Below are positions 29,500 through 39,008 of a DNA stretch of 57,856 nt, piece after piece (the first letter of the stretch is position 1; every line of letters starts with the position of its first letter). Source of the stretch: Anaerovoracaceae bacterium. GTDB taxonomy: Bacteria > Bacillota > Clostridia > Peptostreptococcales > Anaerovoracaceae. The position numbers and the translations under genes are program-made. Below the pieces are notes generated by a model. It worked only from the letters and a program-made list of their open reading frames with translations. It was not told the DNA's origin and did no database searches. The stretch spans positions 1-57,856 of the forward strand of contig CAVHIG010000002.1 in assembly GCA_963636105.1 (NCBI GenBank), in the 5' to 3' direction.

Positions 29500-30572
29500 G
29501 TATGGAATTCAAGACAACAGCCGAAAAGTTCAGAGAAATGCGTTTCCTTTCGCTGCAGCCGGATTGGGAAAAGCTTCCGGATCCTGATTTTGAATTTTTA
29601 CCGGACGACTTTGAGCCTGCGGATGAGGACGCAAAGGCAAACTTTATAGAAAAAGCGCCTCCTGTGTCATATTGGAAGGACGCATGGAGAAGGCTCAAGC
29701 AAAATCATGTAGCCATGGTATCCCTGGGCGTGATAATCGTCATCTTTATATTTGCTTTTATCTGTCCGTTTTTCTATGAAAATGACTATTCCACGCAGGT
29801 GCGAGGCGCAGAAAACATATTCCCGTGCCTGAAGTACCCATTCGGAACGGACAAATTCGGACGCGATCTTCTTTTGCGTACAATGTATGGTACGAGAGTG
29901 TCGCTTGTTGTAGGCGTATGCGCGAGCCTTATAGTACTGGTGATAGGTACTATATATGGTTCGATTTCAGGCTTCTGCGGCGGCATGGTGGATAATATCA
30001 TGATGCGTATAGTAGAGCTTATCTACTCCGTACCTGAGGTGCTTGTGGTACTTCTCATATCTACCACGATAAAGCAGCCATTGCAAGACTGGGCAAATAC
30101 CCATCAGGACATGGCCATCGCGGATACCATCATTTCCATTGGACCCGGCCTGATTGCGATATTTATAGCATTTGGTCTTTTGTATTGGGTAACTATGGCA
30201 CGTATCATAAGAGGTCAGGTGCTCATGCTCAAGGAGCAGGAGTACGTCACGGCGGCCAGAGCCTTGGGCGCAAAGGGTACAAAGATCGTAAAAAGACATC
30301 TTTGGCCAAATTGCATAGGCCAGATCATCGTCACGACCTGTATGCAGATTCCGTCGGCTATATTCCTCGAATCCTTCTTGTCATTCCTCGGAATAGGTGT
30401 GGCGGCGCCTGTTACTTCACTGGGCGCTATGGCATCCGACGCGCTTGGCGGTATCTACACATATACATACAGATTGATAATCCCGTCAATCCTTCTCAGC
30501 GTGCTCATTTTGAGCTTGAATCTGTTTGGCGACGGTCTCAGAGACGCACTCGACCCTCGTCTGAAGAAATAA
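29496..30572 (+). CDS. oppC: Oligopeptide ABC transporter permease
   Basis: ATGA overlap with oppB. OppC-type N-terminal extension and EAA loop YVTAARALGAKG. Confidence 0.9.
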   Translation: MSMEFKTTAEKFREMRFLSLQPDWEKLPDPDFEFLPDDFEPADEDAKANFIEKAPPVSYWKDAWRRLKQNHVAMVSLGVIIVIFIFAFICPFFYENDYSTQVRGAENIFPCLKYPFGTDKFGRDLLLRTMYGTRVSLVVGVCASLIVLVIGTIYGSISGFCGGMVDNIMMRIVELIYSVPEVLVVLLISTTIKQPLQDWANTHQDMAIADTIISIGPGLIAIFIAFGLLYWVTMARIIRGQVLMLKEQEYVTAARALGAKGTKIVKRHLWPNCIGQIIVTTCMQIPSAIFLESFLSFLGIGVAAPVTSLGAMASDALGGIYTYTYRLIIPSILLSVLILSLNLFGDGLRDALDPRLKK

Positions 30573-30588
30573 GAGAGGGGGAGAGATT

Positions 30589-31593
30589 ATGACAGACAAT
30601 ATAAACAACAGCCCTTTGCTTGAGGTAAAGGATCTCAAGGTCTCCTTTTTCACTCCGGCCGGAGAAGTAAAGGCCGTAGGCGGCATAAGCTATTCCCTCA
30701 AAAACGGCGAGGTTATGGGCATAGTAGGAGAGTCCGGCTCCGGCAAGAGCGTAGAGGCGTACAGCATCATAGGACTTTTGCAAAGCCCGGGAAAAGTCAT
30801 CGGAGGAGAAATTCTTTTCGAGGGCGAAAATGTTTTGAATTATGACAAGCATAAAATGGAGGATTTCAGAGGCAATAAGGTCAGCATGATATTTCAAAAT
30901 CCGATGACCTGCCTGAATCCTGTATATACTGTGGGAAATCAGCTTACCGAGGCTATTCTTTGTCACAAGAAGGTAAGCAAAAAAGAGGCTGAGGATAAGG
31001 CTATTGAAATGCTCAGACTCGTAGGTATAAATAATCCCGAAAAGCGTATGAAGCAGCATCCGCATGAGCTTTCCGGAGGTATGAGGCAAAGGGTTATGAT
31101 AGCCATGGGTCTCATATGTGATCCGAAGCTTCTCATAGCTGATGAGCCTACGACGGCTCTCGATGTGACCATACAGGCTCAGATAATCGAGCTTATGAAA
31201 GAAATTCAGAAAAAGACGGAGATGGCTATCATCTTCATCACGCATAATCTCGGAGTGGTCGCCGATATCTGTGACAGAGTATCCGTAATGTACGCGGGCA
31301 AGATCGTAGAGCAGGGCGATGTAAATGATATATTCTATAAACCGGCTCATCCTTATACGCTTGGACTCTTGCGCTCCATGCCGAGAGTAGATGCCATGGA
31401 ATATGAGAGACTGATACCTATAGAGGGTACTCCTGTAGATATGCTCAATCCGCCTGAAGGCTGCGGCTTTTGCTCAAGATGCGAGTTCTGTATGAAGATA
31501 TGCCTTCGCAAGGAGCCTCCTGTGATAGATTTGGGAAACGGACATATTACAAGATGCTGGCTTTCAGCTCTAAAGGCAAAGGAGGAAAAGTAA
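30589..31593 (+). CDS. oppD: Oligopeptide ABC transporter ATP-binding protein
   Basis: Walker A GESGSGKS, signature LSGGMRQR and a C-terminal oligo_HPY Cys motif. Confidence 0.9.
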   Translation: MTDNINNSPLLEVKDLKVSFFTPAGEVKAVGGISYSLKNGEVMGIVGESGSGKSVEAYSIIGLLQSPGKVIGGEILFEGENVLNYDKHKMEDFRGNKVSMIFQNPMTCLNPVYTVGNQLTEAILCHKKVSKKEAEDKAIEMLRLVGINNPEKRMKQHPHELSGGMRQRVMIAMGLICDPKLLIADEPTTALDVTIQAQIIELMKEIQKKTEMAIIFITHNLGVVADICDRVSVMYAGKIVEQGDVNDIFYKPAHPYTLGLLRSMPRVDAMEYERLIPIEGTPVDMLNPPEGCGFCSRCEFCMKICLRKEPPVIDLGNGHITRCWLSALKAKEEK

Positions 31594-31594
31594 A

Positions 31595-32584
31595 ATGGCA
31601 GAAAAAGACAAGAAAAGCAACGAAATTCTCCTGAATGTAGAGCACCTGCAAAAATATTTCAATGTGGGAAAGGGCATGACTGTACAGGCTGTAGAAGATG
31701 TCAATTTCTTCATCCGAAAGGGAGAGACCTTTGGCCTTGTAGGAGAGTCGGGTTGCGGCAAGACTACACTCGGCAGAGCCATTTTGAGACTGCATGAGCC
31801 TACAAAGGGAAAAATCACCTTTGATGGGGACGTCATTTTTGATAGCGCGCTCGGGAAAAAACAGCCTAATATGCTTCCTTACAGAAGAAAGATGCAAATA
31901 ATCTTTCAGGATCCTTCAGCCTCGCTTGATCCGCGTATGACGGTAGGAGAGATTGTAGGCGAGGCGCTCGATATACATGGACTTTTCCAGGGAAAAAGCG
32001 AGCGCACCGAAAGAATAAATCAGCTCCTGACCATGGTAGGACTCAATAGCGAGCATTCAAACCGCTATCCTCATGAGTTTTCCGGCGGTCAGCAGCAGAG
32101 AATCGGTATAGCCAGAGCGCTTGCCGTAGAACCTGAATTTATAGTGTGCGACGAGCCTATATCGGCGCTCGATGTATCCATACAGTCGCAGATAGTAAAT
32201 ATGCTTGAGGATATGCAGGATGAGCTTGGTCTCACCTACCTTTTCATAGCTCACGATATATCCGTTGTAAGGCATATATCTGACAGAATAGGTGTCATGT
32301 ACCTCGGCAATATGGTGGAGCTTGGTGAGGGCAGGGAGCTTTACAAAAATCCGCTGCATCCTTATACAAAGACCTTGCTCTCCGCGGTGCCTGTGCCTGA
32401 TCCTATAGTGAGCCGCTCGCGCAAGAGGATCATCCTTGAAGGCGATATCCCAAGCCCTATGGATCCCCCAAGCGGTTGCCGCTTCCATACAAGGTGCCCG
32501 TTTGCTACGGAGATATGCAAGCAGAAGATGCCTGAGTGGAGAGAGCTTTCACCGGATCATTTCGCGGCCTGCCACAATATATAA
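31595..32584 (+). CDS. oppF: Oligopeptide ABC transporter ATP-binding protein
   Basis: Walker A GESGCGKT, signature FSGGQQQR and the C-terminal motif GCRFHTRCP. Confidence 0.9.
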   Translation: MAEKDKKSNEILLNVEHLQKYFNVGKGMTVQAVEDVNFFIRKGETFGLVGESGCGKTTLGRAILRLHEPTKGKITFDGDVIFDSALGKKQPNMLPYRRKMQIIFQDPSASLDPRMTVGEIVGEALDIHGLFQGKSERTERINQLLTMVGLNSEHSNRYPHEFSGGQQQRIGIARALAVEPEFIVCDEPISALDVSIQSQIVNMLEDMQDELGLTYLFIAHDISVVRHISDRIGVMYLGNMVELGEGRELYKNPLHPYTKTLLSAVPVPDPIVSRSRKRIILEGDIPSPMDPPSGCRFHTRCPFATEICKQKMPEWRELSPDHFAACHNI

Positions 32585-32683
32585 GGCGGTATCTGCATCG
32601 GGTAAAAAACGTGTTTTGAGCCTAATCGAAAGTGTCGATTAGTTTTCAAATAAAAGTTCATTAAAAAGAAGGAGGAGATACTT

Positions 32684-34312
32684 ATGAAAAAAGTACTTGC
32701 ACTCTTGATGTGCTTCTGCCTCGTATTTGGCCTTGTAGCCTGCGGCGGCGGTACATCTGAAGAAGAAACGGCTACGACCGGTGGCACAGACTTCAACGTA
32801 TGCTTTGCGTCTGAGCCTCAGTCCATCGACCCTGCGCTAAACTCCGCGGTTGACGGAGCGATCATGCTGCAGCACTCTTTTGAGGGACTCATCAAATGGG
32901 TGGATGACGGTGAAGGAAATGCTACACTTGCACCGGGTATGGCAGACAAGTGGGAAGTTTCCGATGACGGTCTGACCTACACCTTCCATATCAGAGAAGG
33001 CGCTACATGGACAGACGGTGAGCCTGTAACTGCTGGCGATTTCCTGTATTCATGGAACAGATTGGTAAATCCTGAGACGGCTGCCGACTATGAATACATG
33101 CTCGAGTGTGTAGACGGCTATGCGGACGGCGCTCTCAATATCGAGGCACCGGATGACAGCACATTTATCGTGCACCTGGCTACTGCCATCACTTACTTCG
33201 AGGAAATCTGCGCATTCCCTGCGACATTCCCTGTAAGACAGGACATCATCGAGGAGCACGGTGATCAGTGGACATTCAGCCCTGATACATATGTTTCAAA
33301 CGGACCTTTCAAAATGACTGAGTGGTCACACAACTCCTACATCATGATGGAGAAAAACGAAAATTACTACGCGGCAGACGAAATCACTGCTACAAGCATC
33401 AAGTTCCAGCTGATGGATGATGCAAACGCGATTCTGGCTGCGTTCAGAAATGGCGAGCTCGACTTTATCGAGAGCGTGCCTGTAGATGAAATCCCTGGAC
33501 TTTTGGATTCCGGCGAGCTTCAGGTAGCTGATTATATCGGTACATACTATGTATGCTTCCAGACTCAGAAGGCTCCTTTCGACAATCCAAAGGTAAGAGA
33601 AGCATTCTCACTTGTTATCGACAGAAATTACATCTGCGAGCAGGTAAAGGGCGACGGCTGCGTGCCAGCGTCAGGCTTTGTACCTTCCGGTATGTATGAT
33701 GCGGATGGTCCTGGCTCAGATTTCAGAGCGGTAGGCGGAGATTATTATGATGCCAGCACAGAGGCTTATGAGGCAAATTGCGAAAAGGCAAGACAGCTTC
33801 TTGAAGAAGCAGGCTATCCTGGTGGCGAGGGCTTCCCGGTTGTAGAATATCTCTACAATACAGATGACGGTCACAAGGCTATAGGCGAGGCTCTGCAGAA
33901 TATGTGGCAGGAGGAGCTCGGTGTAACTGTTACACTTGTAAATCAGGACTGGGCAGTATTCCTTCAGGAAAGAAAAGACGGTAATTACTCAATCGCGAGA
34001 AACGGCTGGATTGCTGACTACAACGATCCTATGTGCTTCCTCGACATGTGGGTAACAGGCGGCGGAAATAACGACGCGCAGTATACAAATCCTGACTACG
34101 ACGCACTGATCAAGGCTGCAAAGGCTACATCAGATGCAAATGAGAGAATGGAGCTCATGCACCAGGCTGAGGATATCCTCATAGGTGAGGAGAGCGTACT
34201 TGCTCCTATCTACTTCTATGTACAGACTTACATGATGCAGGAAAACGTAGAAGGCATGTACTACACTCCTCTGGGCTATTTCTTCTTCGGAACAGCTACA
34301 AAGACAAACTAA
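32684..34312 (+). CDS. oppA: Peptide ABC transporter substrate-binding lipoprotein (family 5 SBP)
   Basis: Lipobox LVACGG, 542 aa, SBP_bac_5-like composition. Confidence 0.85.
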   Translation: MKKVLALLMCFCLVFGLVACGGGTSEEETATTGGTDFNVCFASEPQSIDPALNSAVDGAIMLQHSFEGLIKWVDDGEGNATLAPGMADKWEVSDDGLTYTFHIREGATWTDGEPVTAGDFLYSWNRLVNPETAADYEYMLECVDGYADGALNIEAPDDSTFIVHLATAITYFEEICAFPATFPVRQDIIEEHGDQWTFSPDTYVSNGPFKMTEWSHNSYIMMEKNENYYAADEITATSIKFQLMDDANAILAAFRNGELDFIESVPVDEIPGLLDSGELQVADYIGTYYVCFQTQKAPFDNPKVREAFSLVIDRNYICEQVKGDGCVPASGFVPSGMYDADGPGSDFRAVGGDYYDASTEAYEANCEKARQLLEEAGYPGGEGFPVVEYLYNTDDGHKAIGEALQNMWQEELGVTVTLVNQDWAVFLQERKDGNYSIARNGWIADYNDPMCFLDMWVTGGGNNDAQYTNPDYDALIKAAKATSDANERMELMHQAEDILIGEESVLAPIYFYVQTYMMQENVEGMYYTPLGYFFFGTATKTN

Positions 34313-34353
34313 AAAAATATAGCCATGACAGACTTTGCATGACTATATGTGCT

Positions 34354-34386
34354 GCGGCGGTACCTTCGGCGGTATCGCCGCTTTTT
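34354..34386 (+). terminator. Rho-independent terminator after oppA, overlapping the dinB stop
   Basis: GCGGCGGTACC ttcggc GGTATCGCCGC gives 11 bp including one G-U pair, followed by TTTTT. Confidence 0.8.
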
Positions 34387-35590
34387 ATAATTTATTATAT
34401 ATGTCACTTTTTATAACACTTCCGAAAGAGATGGAGCTTCCGCCAAATTTTGCTCGTATAGTATCCATCGTATTCTCAAGTTTCAGAGATTTTTCGCGTC
34501 CCTGATCATTTATATCGAAAATCGAGAGCTGCTCGGCCTCGTTTTCATCACAAAGATTGATTCCTGTGATTGTAAGCATCCTTATGGGCTTCAGCGTGCC
34601 CCAGGAGGCCTTTATAAGCTCTATGGCAGCCTTTCCTATCTCCGATGACAGATTTGTAGCCACGGGTAGCTGCTTTTGCCTGCTAATGACATTGAGATTC
34701 GGATCCTTTATGTCGACCTTGACTCCTCCGGCCTTCATTCCGTATTTTCTGAGCCTGCTTGCGACAGTATCAGAAAGCGCGGTAACGGCGGTGCGTATGT
34801 CCGAAATTCCTGAGAGGTCCCTGCGGAAGGTAGAGCCATTTCCCACGGATTTTATCTTTTGCCGCTCAGAGCCCCTTTGCACAGGGCTTGTATCCAGGCC
34901 GTTTGCGTAGATGTATACCTGCTCGCCCTGCTTGCCAAGCAGTGAAATCAGAGAACGCCTGTCTGAGCGCGCAGCATCGCCTATGGTCGCAATCCCAATC
35001 CTTTGCAGCTTCTCCGCTGTTGCCTTACCTACAAAGAAGAGCTCTCCTATAGGAAGGGGCCAGAGCAGTTCCTTGAAATTTTCGCGGGTAATGACAGTGG
35101 TTGCGTCGGGCTTTTTGTAATCACTTCCCATTTTTGCAAATATTTTGTTGAAGGATACGCCTGCGGACAGCGTGAGGCCGAGCTCTCTCTTTACGGTCTC
35201 GCGTATGTCGTCAGCGATTTCCCGGCCGCTTCCAAAAAGCTTGAGGCTTGCGGTCACATCAAGCCATGACTCGTCGATGCTGAAGGGCTCCACAATGTCC
35301 GTGTAGCGCCCGTAGATTTCGTTTAGGAGGATGCAGAAACGGCGGTATTTCTCGTGATGCGGAGGCAGGAGCGCAAGCTCGGGGCACTTCCTTTTGGCTT
35401 GCCATACGGTCTCCGCGGTGACTATGCCATATTTTTTTGCCGGTTCGTTTTTTGCGAGTATTATGCCATGCCTGCTTTCCGGGTCGCCGCAAACAGCCAT
35501 GGGCCTATCGCGAAGCTCCGGATGCTCCAAAAGCTCCACAGAGGCAAAGAAGCTATTCATATCGCAATGTAAAATTGTCCTGTCTTGCAT
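34385..35590 (-). CDS. dinB: DNA polymerase IV (Y-family)
   Basis: ILHCDMNSFFASVE and FSIDESWLDV catalytic motifs plus a little-finger domain. Confidence 0.9.
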   Translation of the reverse strand: MQDRTILHCDMNSFFASVELLEHPELRDRPMAVCGDPESRHGIILAKNEPAKKYGIVTAETVWQAKRKCPELALLPPHHEKYRRFCILLNEIYGRYTDIVEPFSIDESWLDVTASLKLFGSGREIADDIRETVKRELGLTLSAGVSFNKIFAKMGSDYKKPDATTVITRENFKELLWPLPIGELFFVGKATAEKLQRIGIATIGDAARSDRRSLISLLGKQGEQVYIYANGLDTSPVQRGSERQKIKSVGNGSTFRRDLSGISDIRTAVTALSDTVASRLRKYGMKAGGVKVDIKDPNLNVISRQKQLPVATNLSSEIGKAAIELIKASWGTLKPIRMLTITGINLCDENEAEQLSIFDINDQGREKSLKLENTMDTIRAKFGGSSISFGSVIKSDIYNKL

Positions 35591-35787
35591 GGTGCTATCC
35601 TCCTTTCCGCTGCTTTCAGCACAATCTTACCATAGCCGGTTGAATTTCGCAAGAGGAAGGCAAGAGAGCAGAATGGATTTACGGCCGTATTTCTCCGAAA
35701 AGTATTGATTTTATCACGTTTTTCGGGTAGAATTTAGAGGAGTAAGTGTGTAAATATTCAAATAATTTAGGGAGGGGGAAAAATCTC

Positions 35788-36660
35788 ATGCTGTTTGATA
35801 TAATTTTTGTTTATGTTTTTTTTGCAGGGGTGCTTGTTTACGCTTATGATGGAGAATTTTGGAAAAGCTATATTGAGGCGGACAAAGCTAAGAGGGCGGA
35901 AGTTGATAAGCGTAAATTGTACAAGGCTATTGGATATGCGATCTTTTCACCGATAATTTTTATTCTGTATTTTATCTGGGCTTGCCTAAAGGCGATCGAA
36001 TATTATGATGAACGTCCGAGCACCTCAACAGAAGAAATGACTTCTGCCAAAACCGCAGGTAGCGAAAAAAGCGATATGAAAGCTACGGGCAAGCCTGAGG
36101 CATATAAAAAAGAAGAAGCTGGTGGAATTGCAACATATGGAAAATCATCTGCAACTACAAGTAATTCAAATACTTACACAAGCCAAAATACGAATCAAAA
36201 GAGCTCCAGTAGGCCTTTCTATAATGAAAATAGCAGAGCCTTAGAAAAAGAAGCGCTTGAGCTGCTTGCCTTTGAAAACGTGGCCCGAGCAAGCGGACAG
36301 CCTTTTATAACAAATTTCTCTTTGACAGACAATGATGGTATAGGTAAAGACAATTATGGCCTCAAAATATATGAAGAAGACTATCGTTTTAAAAGAGGGC
36401 ATGATTTTGACTTCTGCCATCTGGACGATTTAGATGATTTAGATGATTTAGATGATTTAGATGCTTTGGACATGGATGATGAGCTGGACTGCGATGGTCT
36501 CGGCATAAGCGACGATTATCATTCAAGCAGCAGTTATCACAATTACGATCGAGACTACGACAGCACATTTGAGGATGACCTCGACAGCTTCGAGGAGAAC
36601 TATGGCAGTTTCAATAGCTACGGCGGTTATAGCGACTTTGGCGATGGCGACGATTGGTAA
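35788..36660 (+). CDS. Hypothetical membrane protein with hyper-acidic D/Y/S-rich C-terminal tail
   Basis: SD GGGAGGGGG upstream of ATG 35788. Two N-terminal hydrophobic helices and a tail carrying HLDDLDDLDDLDDLDALDMDDELD...GDGDDW. I recognise no motif. Visibly A+T-rich. Confidence 0.6.
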   Translation: MLFDIIFVYVFFAGVLVYAYDGEFWKSYIEADKAKRAEVDKRKLYKAIGYAIFSPIIFILYFIWACLKAIEYYDERPSTSTEEMTSAKTAGSEKSDMKATGKPEAYKKEEAGGIATYGKSSATTSNSNTYTSQNTNQKSSSRPFYNENSRALEKEALELLAFENVARASGQPFITNFSLTDNDGIGKDNYGLKIYEEDYRFKRGHDFDFCHLDDLDDLDDLDDLDALDMDDELDCDGLGISDDYHSSSSYHNYDRDYDSTFEDDLDSFEENYGSFNSYGGYSDFGDGDDW

Positions 36661-36806
36661 TGTTCAAGTTTTTCGCACTGAGAGAAATTTTTTGTTTATT
36701 TCTCTGCGCTGCTGTAGTAAAATGGGAGGTACAGGTGACTCTGTACGGCAAATTACCAAGAGTTCATATTGTTCATATAAAAGTTCATGAAAGAGGAGGA
36801 AATGCA

Positions 36807-37004
36807 ATGCGTGAAAGAAACGACGCCAAAGTGGGATTTTATGTACCAAAGAAAGAAGCGAAAAAACATTTCAGGGACGAGCTCGAAAGCGCGCCGAAGC
36901 ATCGCAGTTTCCGCGGCAAGGGTCTGATCAAGAGAGCCGGAGTGCTGGGCGGAGTGCTCACGGCCACGGCTTTTGTATTGACAAATAGGGACAAGAGCAG
37001 GTAG
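36807..37004 (+). CDS. Hypothetical small basic protein with C-terminal TM segment (65 aa)
   Basis: AGGAGG lies 7 nt upstream of ATG 36807. Sequence MRERNDAKVGFYVPKKEAKKHFRDELESAPKHRSFRGKGLIKRAGVLGGVLTATAFVLTNRDKSR. No known motif. Confidence 0.5.
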   Translation: MRERNDAKVGFYVPKKEAKKHFRDELESAPKHRSFRGKGLIKRAGVLGGVLTATAFVLTNRDKSR

Positions 37005-37148
37005 TATTTGCTGAGCGGAGGAGCATTGTAAAAACATAGAGATTACGGAGAATAAAGGTCTGTGCCTGGAATTTGCGTGTAGAAGCAGAGCCGGCAGGGC
37101 AAATAAATATAGCGACAGTTTGGTCGCGGAAGGGAAAGTATTGAAGAT

Positions 37149-38213
37149 ATGGAAAAGAAAAAAATAGCAATTTTATTCGGGGGTTGCTCAAATGAGTACG
37201 AGGTGTCCCTACATTCAGCATATTCGGTTATAGAGAGCATGGATGAAAGCCTTTATGATGTGCTGCTTATCGGCATCACTCGCGAGGGCGACTGGTACCT
37301 CTACGAAGGAGATATTTCAAAGATAAATGACACCACATGGCTTGACGGGCCTTGCAAGCCGGTAGTGCCGAGTGCAAACAGAAGCGATCACGGCATTTTG
37401 GTATTTGAGGAAGAAAATGGCAAGGAAGTCGTAAAGCGCATAAGAATCGACGCTGCATTTCCTGTACTTCACGGAAAAAACGGCGAGGATGGCACAGTTC
37501 AGGGACTCTTCGAGCTGGCAGGGATTCCTGTCGTGGGCTGCGGCATGACCTGCTCGGCGGCAGGCATGGACAAAGTGCTCGCGCACGAGGCAGTTTCCGC
37601 GGTGGGCATAAAGGTTCCGAGATCCGTCGTATTGTACAAAACTATCGCGCTTGAGGAGCTGAAGGAAAAAATCGCGGATTACAGCTATCCTCTTTTTGTA
37701 AAGCCTATAAGAGGCGGTTCTTCAATAGGAATCACGAAGGTCCATGCTTTCGATGAACTCCCGAAGGCGCTTGAGGAGGCTTTCGCGTGGGACAATGGCA
37801 TTCTCATAGAGGAAGGCGTGCCTGGCTTTGAGGTGGGCTGCTCCGTCATCGGAAATCCAAAGGCCGGTATAATCGTAAGCCCGCCGGATGAAATCGAGCT
37901 TTTCGTGGATCATTTCGACTATAATGAGAAATATACCCAGAAATATACAAAAATTCATATGCCTGCCAGAGTAGATGCGGAAACGTCGGAGCGTCTCCGT
38001 GAGGCGGGGGAGGCTATCTACAGGGCTCTGGGCTGCGATGGAATGGCCAGAGTGGATATGTTTTTGACGCCTGATAAGGAGATTTATTTCAATGAGGTGA
38101 ATACGATTCCGGGACTCACTTCTCACAGCAGATTCCCGAAGATGCTCGGCGGCACAGGCATAAGCTACAAGGAGCTCATAGATAAGCTTATAAATATGGC
38201 GCTGGAGGCGTAA
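37149..38213 (+). CDS. ddl: D-alanine--D-alanine ligase family enzyme of the VanG/VanA-like subgroup
   Basis: KKIAILFGGCSNEYEVSLHS, FPVLHGKNGEDGTVQGLFELAGIPVVGC, EVGCSVIGN, FDYNEKYT and NEVNTIPGLTSHSRFP. As I recall them, these are closer to VanG than to DdlB-type ligases. The substrate cannot be called by eye. Confidence 0.85.
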   Translation: MEKKKIAILFGGCSNEYEVSLHSAYSVIESMDESLYDVLLIGITREGDWYLYEGDISKINDTTWLDGPCKPVVPSANRSDHGILVFEEENGKEVVKRIRIDAAFPVLHGKNGEDGTVQGLFELAGIPVVGCGMTCSAAGMDKVLAHEAVSAVGIKVPRSVVLYKTIALEELKEKIADYSYPLFVKPIRGGSSIGITKVHAFDELPKALEEAFAWDNGILIEEGVPGFEVGCSVIGNPKAGIIVSPPDEIELFVDHFDYNEKYTQKYTKIHMPARVDAETSERLREAGEAIYRALGCDGMARVDMFLTPDKEIYFNEVNTIPGLTSHSRFPKMLGGTGISYKELIDKLINMALEA

Positions 38214-38567
38214 GCTTTGAATCGGTGAAACCTAAGTTTGGGAAATCTACGTAGAATTTAGAAGGAAGCCTTAGTGCAAAGGAGGTAGTCCAAGCCGATT
38301 TTGCGCTAAGGCAGGTTGAGAAAAGAGTTGTATTAAGTCAATTTGCGGAATGGCAGGTCTTACAGAATATTTTTTCCAATGCTATTTTTTGCTTGCAAAA
38401 GCGATGAACCTGTGGTAAAATAAATTTGTTGTTTCGTGATGCGGGAGTTGCCAAATGACTTGGCGATTGTCGTGGCTGATTTCAAAGCGGTTTGATGATG
38501 CAGAGCTTGGCGGGATGCTGACAAGATGACAAGCAATTTTGAAAAATAAAAAAAATTCAAAAAGTGC

Positions 38568-38596
38568 TTGACAATTAGACATAAAGCTGGTATCAT
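38568..38596 (+). promoter_or_regulatory. Promoter of the tRNA cluster
   Basis: TTGACA (38568-38573), 17 nt, TGgTATCAT with the -10 at 38591-38596. Confidence 0.65.
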
Positions 38597-38638
38597 TAAT
38601 AATGCAGTCGTTAATAAACGAAAACGACGAAAGCATAT

Positions 38639-38715
38639 GGCGGTGTAGCTTAGTTGGCTAGAGCGTCCGGTTCATACCCGGAAGGTCGGTGGTTCGACTC
38701 CACTCGCCGCTACCA
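38639..38715 (+). tRNA. tRNA-Met (CAT), elongator type
   Basis: I folded the cloverleaf by hand. The GGCGGTG...CGCCGCTACCA ends resemble B. subtilis elongator tRNA-Met. Anticodon loop TTCATAC. CCA is encoded. Confidence 0.85.
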
Positions 38716-38720
38716 TTTAT

Positions 38721-38796
38721 GGGAGTTTAGCTCAGCTGGGAGAGCATCTGCCTTACAAGCAGAGGGTCATAGGTTCGAGCCCTATAACTCCCACCA
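38721..38796 (+). tRNA. tRNA-Val (TAC)
   Basis: Acceptor GGGAGTT/AACTCCC, anticodon arm TCTGC-CTTACAA-GCAGA, T-loop GGTTCGAGCC, 76 nt with CCA. Confidence 0.9.
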
Positions 38797-38801
38797 AATG
38801 C

Positions 38802-38878
38802 GGTCCGGTAGTTCAGTTGGTTAGAATGCCAGCCTGTCACGCTGGAGGTCACCGGTTCGAGCCCGGTTCGGATCGCCA
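38802..38878 (+). tRNA. tRNA-Asp (GTC)
   Basis: GGTCCGGTAGTTCAGTTGGTTAGAATG.., anticodon loop CTGTCAC, 77 nt with CCA. Confidence 0.9.
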
Positions 38879-38926
38879 ATTTTTAAAAGCGCGCCGGCGG
38901 GCAAGAAAAGTTTTTACAGCTAAACT

Positions 38927-39008
38927 CTTGACGTTGCGATAAGCGAAAAAAGATACGCAAGCGATTGAGGATGAGCCTTGACGCCGTAATAAGCGAAAAA
39001 GACAAGCA
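38927..39008 (+). repeat. Two copies of a roughly 32-37-nt unit in the spacer inside the tRNA cluster
   Basis: CTTGACGTTGCGATAAGCGAAAAAAGATACGCAAGC (from 38927) and CTTGACGCCGTAATAAGCGAAAAAGACAAGCA (from 38977), with a 50-nt period. Confidence 0.8.

Noticed and set aside
37149-38213. Calling this a vancomycin-resistance (vanG) operon.
   Set aside because: Only the ligase is present, and no vanR/S, vanXY or vanT lies within the window. A resistance phenotype cannot be inferred from the ligase alone. It is kept as a question, not a claim.
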